From Candidatus Multivoradales bacterium (GTDB lineage Bacteria; Acidobacteriota; Thermoanaerobaculia; Multivoradales; Multivoraceae): a stretch of 64,000 nucleotides of DNA. Below, piece after piece: positions 40,455-51,639 of this stretch (its first letter is position 1; every line of letters starts with the position of its first letter). A program made the translations under genes and the position numbers. The notes under the pieces are model-generated. The model did no database searches. It was not told where the DNA came from and saw only the letters and a list, made by a program, of their open reading frames with translations. Location of the stretch: assembly GCA_965223325.1 (NCBI GenBank), contig CBDCWI010000001.1:128001-192000 (forward strand), read 5' to 3'.

Positions 40455-42307
40455 TTAGAAGTGGGCCGGCTCGCCGCCCTGGCTCCAGCCCTGGCGGCCG
40501 AATCGCCGCTCCAGCTGACTGTCGTCGAGCTTGAGAATCGTTGGTCGGCCGTGGGGACATGCATACGGCTGCTCGGCTTCGAAGAGCTCTCCGACCAGTT
40601 GTTCCATCTTCTCGAGCGACAGCGGATGGTGAATCTTGATCGCGCCCTGGCACGCGCGGTCCGCCGCCAGACCGTCGAGTAGACGCGCTCGTACGTCGAC
40701 TGAGCCAGCGCCGTCGAGAGGACTTTCGCCGGCCACCGCGACCAGCAACCGTTCGGCCGCACGCGCGCTCCAACCTACCGGTAGGGCGCGAACCGCCCAG
40801 GCGTCCCCCGAGTAGCGCTCGAGCTCGAAACCGGCGCGCGCGAGACTTGGCTCGACTTCCCCGAGAGCCTCGGACTCGACCGGACCGAACTCGAGCACCA
40901 ACGGCTCGAGAAGCCGCTGGACTTCCGGTTCGTCGCCCTCGAGCGCTCTGCGAAGGCGCTCATAGAGGACCCGTTCATGAGCCGCGTGTTGATCGACCAG
41001 GTAGAGCCCATCAGGGCCTTCCACGAGAACAAGCGAACCTTTGTACTGCCCAAGGACCCTCAGGGGCCGCTCATCGCCGGGTCGCGCCGCGCCTGAGAAG
41101 CCACGCCCGGGACTGGTCCACGGTTGGTACGAGACGCCGCCGATGCGCTCCTGGCTGGGATGCGGATAGGTCGGGCTGTCCTCGGCAACGACACCGCCAC
41201 CGGGCTCGAGCATGCGCCCCAGACCCTGCCACGCGAAACTCGACGGACGAGTCTGTGGGTCGACTTCTTCGAGCACCGTCGGCTCCTCATCGCGCGCCTG
41301 GGCGAGAGCCTGCCGAAGAACCGAGGCCAGTTGGCCAAACACCGCCCGATCACGAAAGCGCACCTCGGCCTTTTGTGGATGAACGTTGACGTCCACCTCG
41401 TGCGGTGGCACATCGAGGAACAGAAACAGCGCCGGGAAGCGATCGCCATGCCAGAGGCTGCGAACGCAACCGTAGAACACCCCAAGGATCGAGCGATCGC
41501 GGAGCAGACGGCCGTTGACGTAGCTGAAGATGCGTCGTCCACCGAGCGTGCGCCGGGTCCCGAGGAGACCCCGCACGATCGCATCAGGAGGCAAAGGTAC
41601 GAGTTCATCCGCGAGCTCGGAGCCGAAGAGCTGCCTCACCCGCTCACGCAGCGCCTCGACGAACGGCGGCGCATCGGGACCCCCCGCCGTCGTCGCCGGC
41701 GCACTGAGGCGTTCGCGTCCGTCGTGGTGCACGGTCCAGTGAACCTCGGGATGGGCGAGCGCATAACCCTGGACGACCTCGATCGCCCGCCGATACTCGG
41801 TGACCGGTTTCTTGAGGAACGACTTGCGGGCCGGAACCGCATCGAACAGACCGTCGACTTCGATGCGCGTTCCCCGCCCGCGCGGCGCCGGGCTCTGCTT
41901 CTCGAGGCGTCCGGCGACGAAACGTACACGGCTGGCGTCAAACCCCTCGGCGGCGCTGGTTGCGTCGACCGTAGCCACGGCGGCGATCGCCGCCAAGGCC
42001 TCGCCGCGGAAGCCGAGCGTCTGCACTCGTTCGAGGTCCTCGAAACGACTGATCTTGCTGGTGGCGTGGCGTTCGAAGGCCGCTCTCAGTTCTTCGGGCG
42101 CCATGCCGTGCCCGTCATCGTCGACAACAATGCGACGACGGCCACCCTCTTCGAGTTCGATGACTACGCGTCCGGCACCGGAGTCGAGGGCATTCTCCAC
42201 CAGCTCCTTGACCACCGATGCCGGGCGCTCGACCACTTCGCCGGCAGCGATCTGACTGATCAGTCGATCGTCGAGACGCCTGATGCGGCGCTCCTTCTGG
42301 CTGGCGC

Positions 42308-42311
<4 letters not shown>
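40455..42311 (-). CDS. mutL: DNA mismatch repair protein MutL
   Basis: IAAGEVVERPASVVKELVENALD, GFRGEAL, DVNVHP, DQHAAHER and CPHGRP. Confidence 0.96.
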
Positions 42312-45094
<2,783 letters not shown>

Positions 45095-45107
45095 GAAAGT
45101 GCCTTCG

Positions 45108-47132
45108 TCAAATGCTCGAGGAGCCCGCGTTCGAAGTCTGCGGCGCCGTTTCAGGGGTGGTCCCGGTGTCGTTCTTGCCGTCGTCCTGTTCGAGCTCCGC
45201 GAGCCGGATACTGCGTGAGTAAACGCGGTGGACGGCTTGCACGAGGCCGAGGCGGTTCTGGCGCTGCTCGTCATCATCCGTGCGCACGAGAACCTCGGTC
45301 ATGAACCGTTCGACAACCTCGCCGAGCTCGAGCATCCCGGCGAGCCAACGTTCATGCTCGGGACGAGCACCGGCTGCCGGCGCAGTCACCACCGAGCGAA
45401 TCACCGGGCGCACCCGCTCGAGCGTCTCCCACAGTGCACGCTCGGCCGGCTCCCGCAAGCGAGTAGGGTCGACCTCCCGCTCGGGGGCCTCCCGCAGAAT
45501 CGACACCATCCGTCGCGCGGTCCTCACGACCCGGGCCAATCCTTCGCGGCCGCGCAGGTGGGTCAACAGACCGAGGCGGGCCTCGACGTCGCCAATCAGG
45601 CTGCTACCACCGGCACCGAGCACCGCTTCGACCTCGCCTAGTTGGTAGCCGCGCTCGGCGAGGACCGTTCGCAGAATCCGCGTGCGCAAAGGGCGCAGAT
45701 CCATCAGTACGGCCTCGTCGCTCCTCCTTGCCCCTCGCTGTTGCAGACGAACCGCCCGCGCGGTCGCCAGGTCGAGATCGAGCGGCAGGCGAGTCCGAGA
45801 GAGCGTCTTGATCACTTTGTAGAGCGCCCGCCCGACCTCAGCGTCGTCGGCGCCCTCGAGTTCACGGGTGCTCATCGTGACGGCCCGGGAGGCCACCAGG
45901 TCCAGGGCATTGGCGATCTCGACCACCTGGCGCACGCCGAAGCGTTCAGCATCAACGGCGGCATCAGCGGCCGTCTCGTCGTCGGGCGATTCCGTGGCTC
46001 CTCCCAGGCAGCGCCCGCCGGCGATCGCCCGCCACACCGACTCGGGGTAGCCCTCGTCTCGGGCCATCAAAGCACCAACGACTCCCGCCAACCCGGGGTA
46101 CTCCAGAACGGTCTCGGTCGCCCGATCGGCCGGCGCCATCTGCGCCGCCTCGCGCGCGCGGTCGGCGCGCTCCTGCCATCCAAGATCGCCGCACAGGCTT
46201 TCGGCGAGCGTTGCCACCCGATCGATTCGTTCTCCCCAGGTACCACTACCCACACCGTAGCGACGTGTTCGTAGCTCACGCGCAAAACGCGCCAGAGGCT
46301 CCGAACGATCGCGCGCCCAGAGGACAGCCAGATCCTCGAGGCGTTCGGTGAGCCGCCAGGAGTGACCGAGGCCAATCGCCCCATCGGGATCGTCCGGCCG
46401 GTCGAGAACCACCAGCACGCGATCCAAGAGCTCACCGCCCGCGGACGCGCGCAGTGGAAAGACCTCCAGCCGCTCTTTCAAACAGTGTTCGACCAACACC
46501 TCTGGCAGCCCCCGAAAGACCGGCGGCAGATCGACGGTGATGACCCCTGGGCTTTCGAGACTCCAGACCAGTTCATCAATCAGTGACTCCACGCCGCTCA
46601 GTTCGGCGCCAGCTTCTTTCGCACGCTCCTCGAGAGCGGCAAAGAGCGTCGACCGACGCTCGGCTGGTTGAACCAGAACACCCCGTTCCTCGAGCGCCGA
46701 GAAGTAGTCCTCGGAGGTCGACGGTGAAAAGGGGTCAGGCGACAAGACGGGGTGCCCAATCGAAGTCGCGCCGGTCTCGACTCCCAGAACCCTCGCCTGG
46801 CAGGCCTTTCCATTGACCAGCAGCAACGCCCCGACGGGCTCGAGAACATCCCAATCACCGTGCCGTTTGTTGCCGGCCGACGAGAACGGGGCAAAGGTCG
46901 CGAGAACGGCATCGACGGCGGCCCCAACGACGCGCTCGCCGTCCCTGCCTTCGTCGCTGAGCCGTAGGGCAACCACCAAACGGCGGCAGGTCGCGCCGCT
47001 TCTCCCGCGGTCGCACTGGACACCGGCGGCAAGCAGTTCACGCACCACATGGCCACGCAGGGCCGGGCCGAGCTCCCGGGCACGAGCCCGAGGGAGGCCG
47101 TCGAAGCGAAGCTCGAGCAGAAAGTCGCTCAC
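45108..47132 (-). CDS. glyS: Highly divergent glycine--tRNA ligase beta-subunit homolog
   Basis: DFLLELRFDGLP, TCRRLVV, SLESP, ADRATETVLEYPGLAGVVG and RQNRLGL echo GlyS motifs; 674 aa; GTG overlaps the glyQ stop; recO-glyQ-glyS-ppdK synteny. Confidence 0.7.
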   Translation of the reverse strand: MSDFLLELRFDGLPRARARELGPALRGHVVRELLAAGVQCDRGRSGATCRRLVVALRLSDEGRDGERVVGAAVDAVLATFAPFSSAGNKRHGDWDVLEPVGALLLVNGKACQARVLGVETGATSIGHPVLSPDPFSPSTSEDYFSALEERGVLVQPAERRSTLFAALEERAKEAGAELSGVESLIDELVWSLESPGVITVDLPPVFRGLPEVLVEHCLKERLEVFPLRASAGGELLDRVLVVLDRPDDPDGAIGLGHSWRLTERLEDLAVLWARDRSEPLARFARELRTRRYGVGSGTWGERIDRVATLAESLCGDLGWQERADRAREAAQMAPADRATETVLEYPGLAGVVGALMARDEGYPESVWRAIAGGRCLGGATESPDDETAADAAVDAERFGVRQVVEIANALDLVASRAVTMSTRELEGADDAEVGRALYKVIKTLSRTRLPLDLDLATARAVRLQQRGARRSDEAVLMDLRPLRTRILRTVLAERGYQLGEVEAVLGAGGSSLIGDVEARLGLLTHLRGREGLARVVRTARRMVSILREAPEREVDPTRLREPAERALWETLERVRPVIRSVVTAPAAGARPEHERWLAGMLELGEVVERFMTEVLVRTDDDEQRQNRLGLVQAVHRVYSRSIRLAELEQDDGKNDTGTTPETAPQTSNAGSSSI

Positions 47133-48004
47133 CGGGAGCCCGCCTTTTCTCTGCGGCGACGCGCCTCGGCCACAATTCGCAGCAGCAGCTCGCGCACCGC
47201 GTCGGCCGGGGCCTCGGGAACCGGACTCGAGCCCAGACCTGGGGCTTCGAGCAGGCTGAGGTCTCGGTAGGCCTCGAGCAGGCGACGGTAGGCGAGATGG
47301 ACCGCTCCCGCGTCGAGCGCCAGTTCTGCGTCTTCGAGCGTCGCCCGCGCCAATTCCATGAAGCGTGCCTCGCCAACTACCGCGGCGTGGTAACCACGCA
47401 GGTCGGCATCGGCGTCCCCTCGAACCGCCTGCCAGGAAGTATCGGGTGCCCATTGCAACTCGGCCAGGGTTGCGGCCCCCTGACAGAGACGCGCCAGCGA
47501 TTCGAGCCGCAAAACGACTTCGGCGAGGACCGCACCCGAGCCGAGGCCGGCGAGCCGATCGACAATCGCCAGCCGGCCGAGGTTGAGGCCATTGACGCGC
47601 AGTCTGTGCCCGCGGGCACGAATGTCATGGCTGGGAAGCTCGAGAGCCAGGTCTTCGAGGCGAACGTCCATGCCCGATTGGCACAAGCCGGTCTTCTCGA
47701 GCACCTCGATCACCTCCACCAGGAGGCCGCGCTCGGGAACCGGGCGGAGGATGGCCTGGCAAACCAGCTCCGAGGCCGGTCGACCCCCGAGCAGGCGAGT
47801 ACGCCCAGGCAAGCGCGCGATCGTCTGCACCTGAACGCTTGCGGAATGGTCGCTGCCGAGCAGGAGGTCGGGCGACATCAGACTGTCGGGCAGTGCCAGC
47901 TCGGGCGACGGCAGCACAACGGCTCCCGCTCCGCGCCAGTGCTCGAGCAGAACCAGCAGCAGGTCTTCGGCAACCCGCGATGGAGCACTGGCATCGACCC
48001 TCAT
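47129..48004 (-). CDS. glyQ: Degenerate glycine--tRNA ligase alpha-subunit homolog (catalytic motifs lost)
   Basis: 291 aa, colinear with GlyQ by eye (CQAILRPVP, DVRL, NGL, EVVLRLESLA..QG, AYRRLL...LLEA); position directly after recO. Confidence 0.7.
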   Translation of the reverse strand: MRVDASAPSRVAEDLLLVLLEHWRGAGAVVLPSPELALPDSLMSPDLLLGSDHSASVQVQTIARLPGRTRLLGGRPASELVCQAILRPVPERGLLVEVIEVLEKTGLCQSGMDVRLEDLALELPSHDIRARGHRLRVNGLNLGRLAIVDRLAGLGSGAVLAEVVLRLESLARLCQGAATLAELQWAPDTSWQAVRGDADADLRGYHAAVVGEARFMELARATLEDAELALDAGAVHLAYRRLLEAYRDLSLLEAPGLGSSPVPEAPADAVRELLLRIVAEARRRREKAGSR

Positions 48005-48762
48005 CGCCCCACCTCGGCCAGGGTCCGCTGCATCACGCGATAGCTGCGCAGCTCATGTTGCAGGAAGTAGCGCCTCACGGAAGCCGAAAGAGACTCGAGA
48101 GCCCGCAGAGTGCACGCATCAGGTGGTGTCGTCGAAATCTCGGAGAGCGACTGGCGAGACACCTGCAAGAGTGCGTGCAACACGCTCACGTCGATGCGCT
48201 CGCCCCCTTGACCGCGGGCACAGTCTGGACACACCAGACTGTCACCTCCCTCTGGTAGGACCGCACCGCGACCATCGAAATCTCCAAGACAGACCGGACA
48301 CTGACGAGGCGGGGGGAAGATCCCCCCCAGCCTGAGAACCCAGACCTCGACATAGCGCGCCACGAGACCAGGGTCGATCCCCGCTTCGAGCGCAACCACC
48401 GCACTCTCGAGGAGTCGCAACATATGGGGTGCCGGTTGGTTCTCCTGCGCGAAGGCTGCGATGTGCTCGGCCAGGTAGGTGCCCACCAGGATGCGTTCGA
48501 GATCGTGATGAAGGGCCGCCGGGGCGCGCTCCATCGCCACGTCTTCGATGCGCACTAGATCTCGACCGGGTTTCTCGAACCACGTCAAGCCAACTCGAGC
48601 GAGCGGTTGCAGCTGGCCGGCATAGCGGCTGTACTTGCGCCGCGCGCCTCGCGCGACCCCGCGCTTCAAACCGTGTTCGGCGGTGAGAAAGGCAACGATG
48701 CGGTCACCGTCATGCAGGTCTTGAACGTCGAGCAGGAGAGCCGTGGCATGCAGCCGCTTCAC
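48001..48762 (-). CDS. recO: DNA repair protein RecO
   Basis: DRIVAFLTAEHG, VARGARR, LQPL and zinc-finger CPVC...CPDC; GTGA overlap with mgtE. Confidence 0.9.
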   Translation of the reverse strand: MKRLHATALLLDVQDLHDGDRIVAFLTAEHGLKRGVARGARRKYSRYAGQLQPLARVGLTWFEKPGRDLVRIEDVAMERAPAALHHDLERILVGTYLAEHIAAFAQENQPAPHMLRLLESAVVALEAGIDPGLVARYVEVWVLRLGGIFPPPRQCPVCLGDFDGRGAVLPEGGDSLVCPDCARGQGGERIDVSVLHALLQVSRQSLSEISTTPPDACTLRALESLSASVRRYFLQHELRSYRVMQRTLAEVGR

Positions 48763-50189
48763 AGCACCATCCATTGAATCAAGAACGCCGCGGTCATGAA
48801 GTAGACCAGGAGCCCGATGATGTCGCACGAGGTGGTGACCATGGGCCCTGAAGCAACCGCCGGGTCGATTCCCAGGCGCTCGAAGAGGAGCGGCACCATT
48901 GCGCCATTGAGCGACGCCAGAAAGACCGCCGAGAAGAGCGCCACCGCCACGACGACTCCGTAGGTAACGTGCGCTCGTTCTGGAACCAGAACCGGCATGA
49001 GGACGACCGCCAGGGTGCCGGCGAGAAGCGCGAAGATGCTCCCCAGCATGGCTCCAACCTGGGCCTGTTGCATCAGGAACTGGCGCGCTCGTCCCTGCGG
49101 GCCGACCAAGCGACCGGTGGCGAGACCGCGGACTGCAATCGTCGACGTCTGACTTCCCGCGTTGCCTCCCATGCCCATGATGATGGGTACAAACATCAAC
49201 AGGAAGAAAGCCTCGCGGGTCGAGATGCCGAGGTGGTCGACCAGGAGGCCTTCGGAGCGCTCGATCAACAAGCCGCCCAGAAACAAGCCGACGAAGTTGA
49301 CCAGCAACCAGGGCAGACGAATGCGCGCAACCCGCAGCGAGCGACCCTCATAGATGAGCTCGTCGTTCGACGACCCGACCATCTTGAAGAGGTCCTCTTC
49401 CATCTCGTAGTTGACGACCGTAATCACGTCATCGATCGTGATGACGCCCATCAGGTGGTTCTCGATGTCGGTGACCGGAACCGCCAGCAGGTCGTAGCGC
49501 GAGGCCAGGCGGGCAACCTCCTCCTGGTCGGTGTCGGTGGTGACCTTGATCACCGAGCGGTTCATCAGCTCCTCGAGCTTCCTGCCCTGCTTGGCCAGGA
49601 GGAGCTCGCGCAACGAGATCACGCCGGTGAGCTGACCGCCTTCACCGACGACGTAGAGATAGAAGATCATCTCGAACTCTTCGCCGATGCTCTGAATGGT
49701 CTCGATCGCCTGCTGCACGGTCGCATCTTCGTGCAGGCTGAAGACCTCGGTCGACATCAGGCGTCCCGCCGTGTCCTCGGCATAGGTCAGCTGCTCGACC
49801 AGCTCCGGGTTCTCACGCACCTGCTGAATGGAGAGCACCTGCTCGGCGAGCTCGCCGGGCAGCGACTCGACGACCGCCACCCGGTCGTCGACCGGCATCG
49901 AGTCGAGGATCTTGCCAATCTTCTTCGGCTCGAGGCGTTCGAGAATCTCGACCCGGAGGCCCTGCGACATCTCGACGAACACCTCGCCGATCGCCTCAGG
50001 GTAGTCGCCAAGCCCGGTGTCGACGACGAAGTCCTGCTCGTGAGGCGTGAGGCCTTCGAGCAGCACGGCGACGTCCTCCGGGCGCACTTTGCCCAGGATT
50101 CGCGACAGATTGCGGCGGGCTGAGCGACGGATCAGGCGCCGAATCGTCGGCTGGAGACGCGCCGCATGCTGGTTGCTCTCAGGCGGCAT
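48759..50189 (-). CDS. mgtE: Magnesium transporter MgtE
   Basis: TAGRLM, CBS pair, RLPWL, GGNAGSQ and DPAVASGPMVTTSCD. Confidence 0.95.
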   Translation of the reverse strand: MPPESNQHAARLQPTIRRLIRRSARRNLSRILGKVRPEDVAVLLEGLTPHEQDFVVDTGLGDYPEAIGEVFVEMSQGLRVEILERLEPKKIGKILDSMPVDDRVAVVESLPGELAEQVLSIQQVRENPELVEQLTYAEDTAGRLMSTEVFSLHEDATVQQAIETIQSIGEEFEMIFYLYVVGEGGQLTGVISLRELLLAKQGRKLEELMNRSVIKVTTDTDQEEVARLASRYDLLAVPVTDIENHLMGVITIDDVITVVNYEMEEDLFKMVGSSNDELIYEGRSLRVARIRLPWLLVNFVGLFLGGLLIERSEGLLVDHLGISTREAFFLLMFVPIIMGMGGNAGSQTSTIAVRGLATGRLVGPQGRARQFLMQQAQVGAMLGSIFALLAGTLAVVLMPVLVPERAHVTYGVVVAVALFSAVFLASLNGAMVPLLFERLGIDPAVASGPMVTTSCDIIGLLVYFMTAAFLIQWMVL

Positions 50190-50212
50190 GGGAGCGTCGA
50201 TCGTAACACCGC

Positions 50213-51145
50213 TCAGAAGGCTGAAAGCCCCCGATCGAGCTCGTTGAGCACCGTACTCTTCTCGCGCCAGCCGGGCTCATGACGCACGTGCAGGTCGAGA
50301 TGGACCTTGCGCTCGAGAAACTCCTCCAGATCCTTCCGCGCAGCGATTCCGATCTCTTTGATGCCGCGACCGCCGGCGCCGATGACGATCTTCTTGTGGC
50401 TGGGCTTCTCGACCAGAATGCTCGCTGCGATCAGGAGTCGACCGGGTCGATCGCCATCGCCCTCCTGCGCCTGCCAGCCCTCCACTGCAACCGCAGTCGT
50501 ATACGGCAGCTCGGCGTGGGTGCGCTCGAGGACCTTCTCTCGGATGCGCTCGGCGACCAGGAAGCGCTCGGTATGCACCGTCAGAAGCGCAGGATCGTAA
50601 AGCGGCTCACCGACGGGCAGGTGCTTCCAGAGCGTCTGAAGGACGATCTCGGTGCCGTCCTTCTCGAGGGCGCTCGTCGGAATGATGTCCTCGAAGAAGC
50701 CGCTGGAGTCGTAGCGCTCGATCTCCGGCAGAATCTTCGACTTCTTCATCCGGTCGATCTTGTTCAAGACGACGATGCGGGGCGCCTCGATCTTTTCGAG
50801 ACTCGCCAGCGCGTAGCGGTCACCGTTACCGAACGGCTGACTGGCGTCACGTACCAGGCACACCACATCGGCGCCACGGAGGGCATCGGTCGCCGCCTGC
50901 ATCATGCGTCGGTTCATGCGGAACAACGGCTTGTGAATGCCGGGGGTGTCCCAGAACACCATCTGCCCATGGTCCTCCGAGAGAATGCCAACGATGCGGT
51001 GGCGCGTCGTCTGCGGTTTGTTCGAGACGATCGCCAGCTTCTCGCGCAACATGGCGTTCATCAACGTCGACTTGCCGGCGTTGGGACGCCCCACGAGCGC
51101 TACGGTCCCCGACTTCTTCTGGTGACTGTCGTTGTCGTCGTTCAC
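50213..51145 (-). CDS. era: GTPase Era
   Basis: GRPNAGKST, KPQTTR, DTPG, NKID and KH domain. Confidence 0.96.
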   Translation of the reverse strand: MNDDNDSHQKKSGTVALVGRPNAGKSTLMNAMLREKLAIVSNKPQTTRHRIVGILSEDHGQMVFWDTPGIHKPLFRMNRRMMQAATDALRGADVVCLVRDASQPFGNGDRYALASLEKIEAPRIVVLNKIDRMKKSKILPEIERYDSSGFFEDIIPTSALEKDGTEIVLQTLWKHLPVGEPLYDPALLTVHTERFLVAERIREKVLERTHAELPYTTAVAVEGWQAQEGDGDRPGRLLIAASILVEKPSHKKIVIGAGGRGIKEIGIAARKDLEEFLERKVHLDLHVRHEPGWREKSTVLNELDRGLSAF

Positions 51146-51639
51146 GTTCGTTCTCGAACCTTCTCCACCGGCAGTCCGAACTCCCGCCGCAAGATCGCTT
51201 CCTGATGGTCCATTTCGCCGTTGTCGGTCTCGTGATCGTAGCCGAGGCAGTGCAAGACTCCGTGGAGAAGCAAGGTCTCGAGCTCGCGAGCCGCCCGGTG
51301 ACCGCGCTCCTCGGCCTGGCGGCGCGCGTAGGGGACTGCGATGACCACGTCGCCCCAGTGCGCGAGCTCGGCATCATGAGCTGCGCTCCCTTGATCAGCG
51401 GTCAGATCTCCCGGGAATGAAAGCACGTCGGTTGGCCGATCGATCTGGCGGTAGCTCTTGCTGAGCCGCTGCATCTCTCGGTCGCTCACAAACCGTACGC
51501 CGAGCGACATACCCACCGACGAAGGTGGAGCGATCCCTCGCTCCCTGAGCACCTCCACCAAGCGCTCGAGAAACGGGCGCACCGAGCTCGCCCTTGCTTC
51601 CGGGTAGCGGTTCGGGTTCTGGAGGACGATCTCGATCAC
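51142..51639 (-). CDS. ybeY: rRNA maturation endoribonuclease YbeY
   Basis: PTDVLSF and HGVLHCLGYDH. Confidence 0.95.
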   Translation of the reverse strand: MIEIVLQNPNRYPEARASSVRPFLERLVEVLRERGIAPPSSVGMSLGVRFVSDREMQRLSKSYRQIDRPTDVLSFPGDLTADQGSAAHDAELAHWGDVVIAVPYARRQAEERGHRAARELETLLLHGVLHCLGYDHETDNGEMDHQEAILRREFGLPVEKVRERT

